Positions 1-9,563 of a stretch of DNA of 64,000 bases are shown piece after piece. Both the position numbers and the translations under genes were made by a program. The DNA lies in NCBI GenBank assembly GCA_041490525.1, contig JBGPTH010000001.1, forward strand, positions 44,115-108,114. The letters are read 5' to 3'. Below the pieces are notes generated by a model. That model was given only the letters and a program-made list of their open reading frames with translations. It was not told the origin of the DNA and made no database searches. Each line of letters begins with the position of its first letter. The stretch's first letter is position 1. The stretch comes from Nitrospiria bacterium (GTDB lineage: Bacteria; Nitrospirota; Nitrospiria; Nitrospirales; NS-4).

Positions 1-111
1 ATCGGGCAATACCTCGCGGGGCATGCGGTCAGAGTCGGGGCCACGCTCACGAGCCCGCCCCGGGGCGCCCCGGCCTAGACGTGCCGCATCCCTCTTGCGA
101 CCGTCCGGGCG

Positions 112-882
112 ATGGACTATAGTACGGTTTTGATGGAATCCCGACTCAAGATCGCCCCCTCCATCCTGTCCTCTGACTTTGCGCACCTGGCTGATGAGAT
201 CGCCGCCGTCGAGCAGGCCGGCGCGGATTTGGTGCACGTGGATGTCATGGACGGCCATTTCGTGCCGAACCTGACGATCGGCCCCCTCATCGTCGAAGCG
301 ATCCGCAAGGTGACCAAGCTCCCGCTCGACGTGCATCTGATGATGACCAACCCCGACGACTTCATCGAGGAATTTGCCCGGGCCGGGGCCACCTATCTGA
401 CGGTGCACGTCGAGACCTGCCCGCACCTGCATCGGACGATCCAGGCCATCAAGGAAAAGGGTGTCCGCGCGGGAGTCACGCTGAATCCCGCGACCCCGAT
501 CGACAGCGTGACGGCGATCCTCCCGGATGTCGATTTGTTGCTGATCATGTCCGTGAACCCCGGGTTCGGGGGCCAGCGCTTCATCCCCCGCAGCCTGGAC
601 AAGATCCGGCAGGCGCGCGCGATGATCGATCGGACGGACCGGCCGGTCCTGCTCGAAGTCGATGGCGGCGTCAAGGCGGACAATGCCGGCGCGATCGTGG
701 CCGCGGGCGCGGACATCCTGGTGGCGGGCTCCGCCATCTTCGAGGCGCCGGGAGGCGACTACCGGAAGGCGATCGCCGATCTGCGCGCGGCCGCCGCCCC
801 CAATCTGAAGCCGGGCGAAGGCAACGGTCAACCTGCCGCCTCCAAAACGCAGGCCGGCGCGTCCCGCAAGGCCCGCCGATGA
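112..882 (+). CDS. rpe: ribulose-phosphate 3-epimerase
   Basis: 256-aa ORF. 'KIAPSILSSDFAHLADEI', 'HVDVMDGHFVPNLTIGP' and 'MSVNPGFGGQRF' are hallmark Rpe motifs. Stop overlaps the next start (ATGA at 879-882). Confidence 0.95.
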   Translation: MDYSTVLMESRLKIAPSILSSDFAHLADEIAAVEQAGADLVHVDVMDGHFVPNLTIGPLIVEAIRKVTKLPLDVHLMMTNPDDFIEEFARAGATYLTVHVETCPHLHRTIQAIKEKGVRAGVTLNPATPIDSVTAILPDVDLLLIMSVNPGFGGQRFIPRSLDKIRQARAMIDRTDRPVLLEVDGGVKADNAGAIVAAGADILVAGSAIFEAPGGDYRKAIADLRAAAAPNLKPGEGNGQPAASKTQAGASRKARR

Positions 883-2450
883 CGGATTGGGCGGCCCTCG
901 CCGAAAGCCTTCACCCCCACGAGGTCAAAGTCCTCACCGAACTTGACGCCGCCCCGGGCGAGGAGGGCCTCACCGAGGAGGCCCTGGCCAAGGGGAGCGG
1001 TCTCGAAGTGGCCCAGGTCAGCGCCGCCCTCGGGCGATTACAGGTGAAGGGCCTGGTCGCGATCCGCTCCGAGGTCACCCGGCAACTCGTGTCCCTCACC
1101 GAGACCGGCGAGCTCTACTTCGAACGGTATGCCCCCATCGTGCGCATCATCTCGGCCTTGCGAACCGCCGCCGAGACCGCCACGCACCTGACGATCAAGG
1201 ACCTCCAGGCGCGCGAAGGACTCGATCCCGGCGAGCTCAGCGGGGCCGTCGGGGAACTGAAGCAGGAGAACGTGATCCGAATCGTGGCCGGCGGCGTCGT
1301 GGAGCTGACCGGAGCCGCCTCGCGCACGGCCGAATCGCTGCAACGGCTGATCCAGCGGGTCAAGGGCGTCCCCGCCCTGCTGTCCGAGTTCGACCCGTCG
1401 GACCGGGCCCTCATCGAAAAGTTCGCCCAGAAGCGTGGGAAGCCGAAGGAGCCGTTCCGCGTGGACGATCGGGTGCTCCGCACATACGCGTTGACGGCGG
1501 ACCTCGGCAAGGCGGTGGCGCAGCAGATTCAGCGGGCCGGCGTGCGGGAGGAGGTCGCCCGCCTCACACCGGAGATGCTCAAGGACGGAAGCTGGCGCAG
1601 CACGCGCTTTCGGAAGTACACGATCGGGCTCAAGCCGGCCCGCATCCCGGCCGGCAAGAAACACCCCTATCGGGAGTTCCTCGATCTCGTCAAGGCCAAG
1701 CTCGTCGGCATGGGGTTCGAGGAGATGCGCGGCAACCTGGTGGAGAACGAGTTCTGGAACATGGACGCGCTGTTCATGCCGCAGTTCCATCCCGCGCGCG
1801 ACATTCACGACGTGTACTTCGTCAAGGAGCCCCGGCACTCGGCGCCGATCCCGGAGCCCTTCCTCACGCAGGTCGCGCAGACCCATGAAAACGGCTGGAA
1901 GACCGGCTCCAGCGGCTGGGGCTACCGGTTCGACCCGATGCGGACGCGCCGCCTCGTGCTCCGCAGCCAGGGCACGGCCGTCTCCGCGCGCACGCTGGCC
2001 GCCGGACCGAAGATCCCGGGCAAGTACTTTTCCATCGCCCGGTGCTTTCGCTACGATCAAGTGGACGCCACCCACGCCACCGACTTCTTCCAGATCGAAG
2101 GCATCGTCCTGGGGCCGGACATCAACTTCTGCACGCTGCTGGGCCTGCTCGATTTGTTTGCCCGCGAGGTCGCCCAGGCGCAGGAAAGCCGCTTTCTCCC
2201 CGCGTACTTCCCGTTCACCGAGCCCTCCGTCGAGCTGCACGTGCGGCATCCCCGCCTCGGCTGGATGGAGCTCGGCGGCGCCGGTCTCTTCCGCCCGGAA
2301 GTCACCCGTCCGCTCGGGGTGGACGTCCCGGTGATCGCCTGGGGCCTCGGTCTCGACCGCATGGCGATGGTCGCGCTGGAGATTCACGATATTCGTGACC
2401 TCTTTTCGGCGGACCTGGAAATGATCCGATCCAAACGGGTGCAGTTCTGA
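879..2450 (+). CDS. pheS: phenylalanine--tRNA ligase alpha subunit, archaeal/eukaryotic-cytosolic type
   Basis: 523-aa ORF. C-terminal class-II core ('FMPQFHPARDIHDVYF', 'LRSQGTAVSART', 'GAGLFRPEV', 'AWGLGLDRMAM'). The ~250-aa N-terminal extension and total length fit the archaeal/eukaryotic form, not the ~340-aa bacterial PheS. Confidence 0.9.
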   Translation: MTDWAALAESLHPHEVKVLTELDAAPGEEGLTEEALAKGSGLEVAQVSAALGRLQVKGLVAIRSEVTRQLVSLTETGELYFERYAPIVRIISALRTAAETATHLTIKDLQAREGLDPGELSGAVGELKQENVIRIVAGGVVELTGAASRTAESLQRLIQRVKGVPALLSEFDPSDRALIEKFAQKRGKPKEPFRVDDRVLRTYALTADLGKAVAQQIQRAGVREEVARLTPEMLKDGSWRSTRFRKYTIGLKPARIPAGKKHPYREFLDLVKAKLVGMGFEEMRGNLVENEFWNMDALFMPQFHPARDIHDVYFVKEPRHSAPIPEPFLTQVAQTHENGWKTGSSGWGYRFDPMRTRRLVLRSQGTAVSARTLAAGPKIPGKYFSIARCFRYDQVDATHATDFFQIEGIVLGPDINFCTLLGLLDLFAREVAQAQESRFLPAYFPFTEPSVELHVRHPRLGWMELGGAGLFRPEVTRPLGVDVPVIAWGLGLDRMAMVALEIHDIRDLFSADLEMIRSKRVQF

Positions 2451-2468
2451 ACGCCTGAGCGGAGCGCC

Positions 2469-4163
2469 ATGCCGACCATCTCCATAAATCGTCAGGACCT
2501 CGAACAGCTGATCGGGCGGCGCGCCACGGACAAGGATCTCGAGGCGTGGCTCCCGCTGGTCAAGGGCGAGATCAAGGATTACGACGCCGCCACCGGCGAG
2601 ACCCGGATCGAACTTCAAGACTCCAACCGCCCCGACCTCTGGTGCGTGGAGGGCATCGCCCGGCAGATCCGCTGCAAGCTCGCCGGAACCCCGCCCGCCT
2701 ACCCATACCTGAAAGCCGCGAAAGGCCGCCGCGACCAGGTGGTGGTGGAGAAGGGCCTGGAGGGCGTCCGCCCGTTCATCGGCGCCTGCAAGGCCCGCGG
2801 GTACCGGGTGACGGACGAGGGCTTGGCCCAGCTCATCCAGACCCAGGAGAAACTCGCCGACATCTTCGGACGGAAACGCCGGACGGTCTCCATCGGCCTG
2901 TACCGGCTTCCCTCGATCACCTTTCCGGTCACCTATGCGCTCGCCGACCCGGAGCGGACGAAGTTTCGCCCCCTCGGGTTTGACGCCCGGATGAGCCTGC
3001 GGGAAATCCTGGACATCCATCCGAAAGGGGTCGAGTACGCCCCGATCGTGGCGGGCCTCGACCGCCTTCCCCTGCTGCGCGACGCCAAGGGCGAGGTGCT
3101 GTCCTTTCCCCCCATCATCAACAGCCGGGACATCGGCGAGGTCCGCGCGGGCGACGCCGAGCTGTTCATTGAAGTGACCGGCACCGATCTCCGGATGGTG
3201 ATGCTGGCCGTGAACATCTTTGCCGCCAACCTGCATGACCGCGGGGCGACCATCGAGCCCGTCGAGATCGTCTATCCCTCCAAGACGCCCCTCGGGCGCA
3301 CCGTGCGGATGCCGCAGGCCATCGCCGGGCCGCGCAAGGTGACCCGAGCCGCCATCGCCGCGGCGCTCGGGACGGACCTCTCCCTCAAGGACATGCGGGC
3401 CAGCCTCCTTTCGTACGGGTACGCGGCGACGGCCGCCGGCCAGAGCCTCACGGTCACCTTGCCCGCCTATCGGAACGATTGCATGCACCCCGTGGACGTC
3501 ATCGAGGACGTGGCCATCAGCCAAGGCTACGGCACGTTCCGCCCCCGCATGCCCTCGGCCTTCACGGTGGGCGGGCTGTCGCGGATCGAGCAGCTCTCGG
3601 ACAAGGTGCGCGAGCTGATGATCGGCTATGGGTTCCAGGAGATCATCTCGAACATCCTGGGCTCGCGGGAGGACCTGGTCTCCCGGATGCGTCTGACCGC
3701 CGAGCATCCCGACTCCCGCCTGGTGGAGATCGACAACGTGCTCTCGCTCAGCAACGAATGCGTCCGCCAATGGATTCTTCCGTCGCTCCTGCGCGTGGAG
3801 GCCGCCTCATCCCGCAGCTTCTATCCCCATGTGCTCTTCGAGGTGGGCGAGGTCGCCCTGCCGGATTCCGGGACCGAGACCGGAAGCCGCACGGAGATGC
3901 GCGTGGGGGCCTTGCAGGCCCACGCGGGGGCAAACTTCTCGGAGACCCACTCGTATCTCGATGTCCTCTTCTTCTACCTGGGCAGACCGTACTCCGTGGA
4001 GCCGGTCGCCCATCCCTCATTCATCGACGGGAGGGTCGGACGGATCGAGCTGGGAGGGAAACCCGTGGGTCTGATCGGGGAACTGCACCCGGAAGTGTTG
4101 GAGCGGTGGCAAATCGCCATGCCGTGCAGCATGTTCGAGCTGGCGATCGCCCCGCTCTTGTAA
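2469..4163 (+). CDS. pheT: phenylalanine--tRNA ligase beta subunit, archaeal type
   Basis: 564-aa ORF 18 nt after pheS. N-terminus 'MPTISINRQDLEQLIG...DSNRPDLWCVEGIARQIR' resembles archaeal PheRS beta. Far shorter than the ~800-aa bacterial PheT. Confidence 0.85.
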   Translation: MPTISINRQDLEQLIGRRATDKDLEAWLPLVKGEIKDYDAATGETRIELQDSNRPDLWCVEGIARQIRCKLAGTPPAYPYLKAAKGRRDQVVVEKGLEGVRPFIGACKARGYRVTDEGLAQLIQTQEKLADIFGRKRRTVSIGLYRLPSITFPVTYALADPERTKFRPLGFDARMSLREILDIHPKGVEYAPIVAGLDRLPLLRDAKGEVLSFPPIINSRDIGEVRAGDAELFIEVTGTDLRMVMLAVNIFAANLHDRGATIEPVEIVYPSKTPLGRTVRMPQAIAGPRKVTRAAIAAALGTDLSLKDMRASLLSYGYAATAAGQSLTVTLPAYRNDCMHPVDVIEDVAISQGYGTFRPRMPSAFTVGGLSRIEQLSDKVRELMIGYGFQEIISNILGSREDLVSRMRLTAEHPDSRLVEIDNVLSLSNECVRQWILPSLLRVEAASSRSFYPHVLFEVGEVALPDSGTETGSRTEMRVGALQAHAGANFSETHSYLDVLFFYLGRPYSVEPVAHPSFIDGRVGRIELGGKPVGLIGELHPEVLERWQIAMPCSMFELAIAPLL

Positions 4164-4171
4164 CCTCCCTC

Positions 4172-5506
4172 ATGAAGACACCGCTGCTCGCCGGTCTCGC
4201 CGGCCTGGTCCTCCTCATCGTCATCCTCCTTTTCGCCCTCCCCTACCTCACGAACCTCGACACCATCCGGGGTCAGGTGGCCACGATCGCCTCCGAGACC
4301 CTCCATCGCCCAGTCGCCCTCCAACGCCTGAGCCTGCGGGCGATCCCCCGGCCAGGCCTCCAGATCGAGCGCCTGGGCATCGCTGATCACGATGGCACGC
4401 CCCTCGCGACGGTGGGCGCCATTCTCCTGGAGGTGAAACCTGTGCCACTGCTGTGGCGGGAAGTCATCGTGGACCGGGTCATCATCAAGCAGCCCGTCAT
4501 GACCCTGACCCGCCACCCCGATGGATCATTGAACCTCACACTCCCGCCGGCCGGTCCTTACGCCCCGACACCCCCCCAGGCCCTCCCACCGGTGACCGTA
4601 GCCCTGAGGGAAGCCCGTATCGAGGACGGTGAGGTGACGATCCAAGAACAGGCCCATCCCGGAGGCACCCCGTGGGTCCACCTCCAGGGACTGTCCATCG
4701 TCATGGACGAGGTGTCCATCGCGCCGGATGTCCCCAAGCCTGGCGGTGCTCCGACGCCGTTCTTTCACCTCCTGACCGTCCGAGGCATCCTGGCGGTTCG
4801 AGAGGGGCGGTACCGGTCCGTCACGGCGGAGAGCCTCAACTCCAATCTCGTATTGAAGGACGGGGTGGCGCGTCTGGAGGGAATCTCGGTCAAGGTGCTC
4901 GGCGGGAAAGGCAACGGGCGGGTGGTCGCCAACATGAGCGGGAACGTTCCTGAGTACGAGACGGCCCTCAGGCTGGACGGGCTCCAGTTGGACCGACTCT
5001 ATGACACGACGGGCCTCCCGCCCGGTCTTCTCTCCGGCACCGCCAGCACGCAGGAAGCGCTCACCACGCGCGGGCGCACCACGGACGAGTTTAAGCGTAC
5101 CCTGACGGGCTCCATCCGCTTCGAGGTCAAGGACGGAGGGGTCCGAAAGATGGACGCGCTCGGGAAGATCCTCTCGATCCTGAACGTCAGGCGCTTGCTG
5201 AGCGGCCGACTGCCGGACCTCACGCGCGAGGGCTTGCCGTTCGACCTCCTCTCGGGAACCCTCCGGTTCAAGAACGGGCTCATGACGACCGACGACATCA
5301 TGCTCCACGGGCCGGCCCTGGACGTGGCCGTCCGAGGCACCTTCAGCTTGCCAGACAACCACGCCCGGATGGTCGCCTCGGCCCTGGGGGTAGACTTCGA
5401 CGTGGAAGGCCCCGCCGACAACCTGGCGGTGTCGTCCCGGGCGGGCAAAGGGCTCTCAGAGGGCATCGGCAGCCTGCTGGAGAAAGGACTGGGACTGTTC
5501 CGATGA
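4172..5506 (+). CDS. AsmA family protein (outer-membrane assembly/lipid-transport-like)
   Basis: The listed ORF 3479-5506 overlaps pheT in another frame. The plausible start is ATG 4172 ('MKTPLLAGLAGLVLLIVILLFALPYL' signal-anchor). AsmA-like N-terminal ('RLSLRAIPRPGLQIERLGI') and C-terminal ('LRFKNGLMTTDDIMLHGPALDVAVRGTFSL') regions follow. Confidence 0.7.
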   Translation: MKTPLLAGLAGLVLLIVILLFALPYLTNLDTIRGQVATIASETLHRPVALQRLSLRAIPRPGLQIERLGIADHDGTPLATVGAILLEVKPVPLLWREVIVDRVIIKQPVMTLTRHPDGSLNLTLPPAGPYAPTPPQALPPVTVALREARIEDGEVTIQEQAHPGGTPWVHLQGLSIVMDEVSIAPDVPKPGGAPTPFFHLLTVRGILAVREGRYRSVTAESLNSNLVLKDGVARLEGISVKVLGGKGNGRVVANMSGNVPEYETALRLDGLQLDRLYDTTGLPPGLLSGTASTQEALTTRGRTTDEFKRTLTGSIRFEVKDGGVRKMDALGKILSILNVRRLLSGRLPDLTREGLPFDLLSGTLRFKNGLMTTDDIMLHGPALDVAVRGTFSLPDNHARMVASALGVDFDVEGPADNLAVSSRAGKGLSEGIGSLLEKGLGLFR

Positions 5507-5511
5507 AGTGG

Positions 5512-5533
5512 GGGGCACGGCATGCCGTGCCCC
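5512..5533. terminator. GC-rich perfect palindrome between convergent genes (candidate bidirectional terminator)
   Basis: ggggcacggcatgccgtgcccc is a perfect 22-nt palindrome. It lies between the AsmA-like stop (5506) and the rplT stop (5543). No clear U-tract on either strand. Confidence 0.5.
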
Positions 5534-5542
5534 TACAAGGCA

Positions 5543-5905
5543 TTACGCTCTCGCCATCTGTCCCTTAGCCGAGTCGATGAGCTTCGTGAACCCGGCGGGA
5601 TCGCGGATGGCCATGTCGGACAGCACCTTGCGATCCAGGGTAATCCCCGCCCCCTTGAGGGCGTGTATGAACCGGGAGTAGAGCAGACCGTGCGCCCGGC
5701 AGGCGGCGGTGATACGCGCAATCCACAGGCGCCGGAAGTCGCGCTTGCGGTTGCGGCGATCGCGATAGGCGTACTGCTGGGCCTTGTCCACCGCCTCGGT
5801 TGCGGTCCGGAACAGCTTGCTCTTGGCCCCATAGTAGCCCTTGGCGAGCTTGAGTCTCTTCTTGTGACGTGCGCGGGTCTTGGTCCCGCCTTTGGCCCGT
5901 GGCAT
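5543..5905 (-). CDS. rplT: 50S ribosomal protein L20
   Basis: '[33 protein letters not shown]...[18 protein letters not shown]' is the bL20 signature. Confidence 0.97.
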   Translation of the reverse strand: MPRAKGGTKTRARHKKRLKLAKGYYGAKSKLFRTATEAVDKAQQYAYRDRRNRKRDFRRLWIARITAACRAHGLLYSRFIHALKGAGITLDRKVLSDMAIRDPAGFTKLIDSAKGQMARA

Positions 5906-5932
5906 GGTGACGTTCTCCCTTTTCTCAGATGA

Positions 5933-6133
5933 TCAGTTCGGCAAGAGCGCAGAGATCCGGTACACATCGCCCGGCGCGACATGAACCGGTTTGCTAAGCC
6001 GGCGCTTGCGGCCCGGCCGTTTGCTGGTCAGGATGTGCCGCTTGTTGGATTGATGGCGCATGAGCTTTCCCGTTCCCGTCCGCCGAAACCGCTTCTTGAC
6101 GCCCTTGTGAGTCTTGAGTTTCTGCCTGGCCAT
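5933..6133 (-). CDS. rpmI: 50S ribosomal protein L35
   Basis: 'MARQKLKTHKGVKKRFRRTGTGKLMRHQSNKRHILTSK' matches bL35. Sits between infC and rplT as in the canonical operon. Confidence 0.95.
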   Translation of the reverse strand: MARQKLKTHKGVKKRFRRTGTGKLMRHQSNKRHILTSKRPGRKRRLSKPVHVAPGDVYRISALLPN

Positions 6134-6180
6134 GACGTTCTCCTACCTGATGATTGTCCGCACGGAATACGGTGAGGCGA

Positions 6181-6690
6181 TCACTTGGGCGCGATCACCA
6201 TGACCAGAAGGCGTCCCTCGAACCGGGGCGGCTGTTCGATCTGCCCGACCCCTCCCAACGAGGCGATCACCTTCTCCAACATCGTCCGGCCCATCTCTTG
6301 GTATGCCATCTCCCGCCCCCGAAACATCACCGTGACTTTGGTTTTGTTCCCCTCGGCCAGGAATTCCCTCATCTGCCGGACCTTCGTCTCCAGGTCGTGA
6401 CGATCGGTCCGGGGCCGCAGCTTGACCTCCTTGAGATGGGTCCCTTTCTGGTGCTGCTTAGCGGTATGAGCCTTCTTGCTGAGTTCGTACTTGTACTTTC
6501 CGAAGTCCATGATCTTGCACACCGGAGGCTGCGCCGTGGGGGCCACCTCGACAAGATCATAACCCATTTCTTCGGCCTTCTTTAACGCATCCGGCGTGGC
6601 CAGAATGCCGAGTTGCTCGCTCTCCGGCCCGATGACGCGCACCGGCGTGATCCGGATCTCCTTATTGATTCTCAGCTTTGGAATTGCGAT
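6181..6690 (-). CDS. infC: translation initiation factor IF-3 (non-AUG start)
   Basis: The ORF track begins at an internal GTG (6642, 'VRVIGPESEQLGI'). The conserved IF-3 N-terminus 'IAIPKLRINKEIRITPVRVIG' continues upstream in frame with no ATG/GTG/TTG. Candidate starts are ATC at 6690 or ATT at 6684, behind an AAGGAG Shine-Dalgarno at 6700-6705. C-terminal part 'VTVMFRGREMAY' is typical IF-3. Confidence 0.85.
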   Translation of the reverse strand: MAIPKLRINKEIRITPVRVIGPESEQLGILATPDALKKAEEMGYDLVEVAPTAQPPVCKIMDFGKYKYELSKKAHTAKQHQKGTHLKEVKLRPRTDRHDLETKVRQMREFLAEGNKTKVTVMFRGREMAYQEMGRTMLEKVIASLGGVGQIEQPPRFEGRLLVMVIAPK

Positions 6691-6705
6691 TGGATTCCAC
6701 TCCTT

Positions 6706-8697
6706 TCAATCGGGTTTAGGGCTTGGCGGGGGCGTCACGGCCCCTCGCCGCGAGACGTCGTCCTTCAAATGGTCCAGGACCGCCTCCACCGTCATGGCAC
6801 CGAGCGTCGCCCCGCCGCGGTTGCGGACCGACAGCGTCCCCGTCTGCACCTCGCGGTCCCCTGCGACGAGCATGTACGGCACCTTGGCCCGCTCGGCTTC
6901 CCGGATCTTCAACCCCAGTTTTTCGCTGCGGAGGTCGGCTTCGACCCGGTACCCGGCCTCTCTCAACCGACGCCCGACGGCGGCGGCGTACTCCGCCTGT
7001 TTGTCCGTGATCGCAAGGACCACGGCCTGGACCGGGGCCAGCCAGGTGGGGAAGGCGCCGGCGTAATGCTCGATCAGGATCCCGAAGAAGCGTTCGATCG
7101 ATCCCATTAAAGCGCGGTGAATCATGATCGGCCGGTGCGCCCGGCCGTCCTCCCCCATAAATTCCAATCCGAAGCGTTCGGGGTTGTTAAAGTCCACCTG
7201 AACGGTGGAGCACTGCCACGCGCGACCCAACACATCCTTGATTTTGATGTCGATCTTGGGGCCGTAGAAGACCCCTTCGCCGGGATCGATGCTGTAAGCA
7301 ACCCCACGGCTTTTCAGCGCCGACTCCAAGGCGCGGGTCGCCTGCTCCCATGCCGTTTCAGAGCCCACGGCTTTGGCGGGCCGGGTCGAGACGTACACCT
7401 GGTATTCATCGAATCCGAAGGTTTTCAGCACGAAGAAGGTGAAGTCCAGGACTCGGGCGACTTCCTCCTCAATCTGATCGGGCCGGCAGAACAGATGCGC
7501 GTCGTCCTGGGTGAACCCCCGCACGCGCATCAATCCGTGGAGGACCCCCGACCGCTCGTACCGGTACACCGTGCCCAGTTCGGCATAGCGAAGCGGCAGA
7601 TCCCGGTAGCTGCGCAGGCGGGAGGCGTAAATCATGACGTGAAAGGGACAGTTCATCGGCTTGAGCTGATAGTCGCTCCCTTCCACCTGCATCGGCGCGA
7701 ACATGTTCTCGCGGTAATACTCGGTGTGGCCGCTGGTCTTCCAGAGGTCCAGGCGGGCGACGTGGGGAGAATAGACCAGCTCGTAGCCGTGCTGCTGGTG
7801 CTGGTCCCGCCAGAAATTCTCGATCTGCAGCCGCACCGCGGCGCCCTTGGGAAGCCACAGGATCAGACCGGGACCCACCTCGTCGCTCACCGAGATCAGT
7901 TCCAGCTCCTTGCCGAGCTTACGGTGGTCCCGTTTCTTGATCTCCTCCAATTTGTGGAGATAGGCGTCCAGCTCCTGCTTGGTGGGAAAGGAGGTCCCAT
8001 AGATTCGCTGGAGCATGGGGTTGCGCTCGTTGCCCCGCCAATAGGCTCCGCCGGAGGTCAGCAACTTGATGGCGTGGATGCGGCCGGTGGAGGGCACGTG
8101 CGGCCCACGGCAGAGATCCACGAACTCCCCCTGGGTGTATAGGGAGACACGCTCGTCCGTGAACCCCTGGATCATCTCGCACTTAAAATCCTCTCCCCGC
8201 TCCTTGAAGAACGCGACGGCCCGTTCCCGGCTCATGTCGGTCCGCTGGAAGGGCCGGTCCGCCCTGAGGATTTCCTGAATGCGCGCTTCGATCTTTTCCA
8301 GATCCTCCGGCGTGAACGAGCGGTGATAGGCAAAATCGTAATAAAACCCGTCTTCAATGGAGGGGCCGATCGTGAGTTTGGCGGTCGGGAACAACTCCTT
8401 GACCGCCTGGGCCATGATGTGGGCGCTGCTGTGGCGGTAGACCTCTTTCCCTTCCGGCATTTCAAAGGTCACGGGCGCGATGGCCGCGTCCGTCTCGAGC
8501 CGGCGGGCCAGATCCACCGGGTTGCCGTCCACAAGGGCGGCAATCACCCCCTCCGGCACCGTCCCGCCCGCAAGAGCCAGCGCTTCCCCCGCCGTGAGGC
8601 CCTGCGGCGCCGTTCTCCGGCTCCCGTCAGGAAACTGCACCACGATGGATGACGAGATCGGCTCTTCCGACACGACGGCCATTGCGACTCCGAACAA
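6706..8697 (-). CDS. thrS: threonine--tRNA ligase
   Basis: 663-aa ORF. TGS domain ('IVVQFPDGS'), editing-domain 'HSSAHIMAQAV', class-II core ('RGFTQDDAHLF', 'FYGPKIDIK') and a C-terminal anticodon-binding region. An alternative start is M6 (8682). Confidence 0.95.
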   Translation of the reverse strand: MFGVAMAVVSEEPISSSIVVQFPDGSRRTAPQGLTAGEALALAGGTVPEGVIAALVDGNPVDLARRLETDAAIAPVTFEMPEGKEVYRHSSAHIMAQAVKELFPTAKLTIGPSIEDGFYYDFAYHRSFTPEDLEKIEARIQEILRADRPFQRTDMSRERAVAFFKERGEDFKCEMIQGFTDERVSLYTQGEFVDLCRGPHVPSTGRIHAIKLLTSGGAYWRGNERNPMLQRIYGTSFPTKQELDAYLHKLEEIKKRDHRKLGKELELISVSDEVGPGLILWLPKGAAVRLQIENFWRDQHQQHGYELVYSPHVARLDLWKTSGHTEYYRENMFAPMQVEGSDYQLKPMNCPFHVMIYASRLRSYRDLPLRYAELGTVYRYERSGVLHGLMRVRGFTQDDAHLFCRPDQIEEEVARVLDFTFFVLKTFGFDEYQVYVSTRPAKAVGSETAWEQATRALESALKSRGVAYSIDPGEGVFYGPKIDIKIKDVLGRAWQCSTVQVDFNNPERFGLEFMGEDGRAHRPIMIHRALMGSIERFFGILIEHYAGAFPTWLAPVQAVVLAITDKQAEYAAAVGRRLREAGYRVEADLRSEKLGLKIREAERAKVPYMLVAGDREVQTGTLSVRNRGGATLGAMTVEAVLDHLKDDVSRRGAVTPPPSPKPD

Positions 8698-8749
8698 AAA
8701 AGGACCCCCTCTCTGGATTCCGTCGGATGGGAGGGCCCTCGAATAAACG

Positions 8750-8824
8750 TGGTAGGCGCGGACGGTCTTGAACCGTCGACCTCTACCGTGTCAAGGTAGC
8801 GCTCTCCCCCTGAGCTACGCGCCT
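8750..8824 (-). tRNA. tRNA-Val (anticodon GAC)
   Basis: Minus-strand sequence AGGCGCG-TA-GCTC-AGGGGGA-GAGC-G-CTACC-TTGACAC-GGTAG-AGGTC-GACGG-TTCAAGA-CCGTC-CGCGCCT-A-CCA folds by hand into a full cloverleaf. It has a 7-bp acceptor stem, a GAC anticodon in a 7-nt loop, a TTCAAGA T-loop and an encoded CCA. Confidence 0.9.
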
Positions 8825-8987
8825 AAACTGAGGGCTCATGCTAATATGCGGGCGGCAGGATTGTCAAGGTCTAACCCTGCATGGAACCAGCAAGATTTGC
8901 GCACGATCGGCGGGTTTGTCACCGCACAAGTCGGCCCCGCGCGCCCGGATTTGTCGGCAGGGGACCCCGGTGGCAGGTGTCACTCGG

Positions 8988-9563
8988 CTAGGCTCTCTTT
9001 GAAACGGGGATCTTGAGGTCTTTGATCTTCTTGCGGAGGGTATTCCGGTTGAGACCCAGAAGAGCTGCAGCCTGAATCTGGTTCCCGCCGGTTTCTTCCA
9101 AGACGAGCGAGATCAGCGGTTTCTCGACCGCCTTGATCAGCAGAGGATGCAGATCGGACCCCGCTCCCAGCTTCATCCGCCGCACAAAATCCCGAAGTTT
9201 GGTCCCGAAATATTCATCGAAGCCGAGCCCCTGAGGCAGCCGTATAGCTCCCCCGGCGGCCCGGTGGCCGTTGGACAGGCCCTTCACCGTCTCGGTCGCC
9301 CTGCGCAGGAAGGCTTTCGTCCCCACCAGCGTCATCTGAGGAGAAGAGTCTGCCGCTTCGTCCAGCGTCTTCATCTCGTTCATCCAGTCCTTCCGCGCCT
9401 CGACAATCACGGCATCAAATCCATGCTTGGGAGCTTTCCGGACAGCGGCGTCGGCATCCTTGGCGATGGTGACGACGCATTCAGGGCAGTCCTGGCGATA
9501 GAGTTCGACCAGGTCTGGATCAGCGGTGAGCAAGAGCAGCTGAACAATATGTCGGGCAGGCAT
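8988..9563 (-). CDS. Fis-family HTH protein with degenerate receiver-like N-terminus
   Basis: The C-terminus '[25 protein letters not shown]' is a Fis-type HTH. The N-terminal ~110 aa has receiver-like strand/helix periodicity ('[11 protein letters not shown]', 'FDAVIVEA') but lacks the usual acidic pocket. Confidence 0.6.
   Translation of the reverse strand: MPARHIVQLLLLTADPDLVELYRQDCPECVVTIAKDADAAVRKAPKHGFDAVIVEARKDWMNEMKTLDEAADSSPQMTLVGTKAFLRRATETVKGLSNGHRAAGGAIRLPQGLGFDEYFGTKLRDFVRRMKLGAGSDLHPLLIKAVEKPLISLVLEETGGNQIQAAALLGLNRNTLRKKIKDLKIPVSKRA

Noticed and set aside
1-78. Open frame running into the window start and ending at TAG 76-78 (possible 3' end of an upstream gene)
   Set aside because: Only 25 codons are visible ('IGQYLAGHAVRVGATLTSPPRGAPA'). 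That is too short to assign or even to confirm as coding.
1038-3770. 910-aa minus-strand ORF covering pheS/pheT
   Set aside because: It is antisense to two genes with unmistakable aaRS motifs. Its translation is Arg/Gly/Ala/Pro/Asp-rich with no recognisable family. This is the expected stop-codon-poor antisense frame of high-GC DNA.
3479-4171. N-terminal 231 codons of the listed 675-aa ORF (3479-5506)
   Set aside because: This part overlaps pheT in another frame and is Arg/Gly/Pro-rich. The AsmA-like signal-anchor begins at ATG 4172, 9 nt after the pheT stop.
8841-8867. Possible promoter for tRNA-Val (minus strand TTGACA ... TATTAG)
   Set aside because: The spacer is only 15 nt, which is outside the usual 16-19 nt range. 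It is not reported as a feature.
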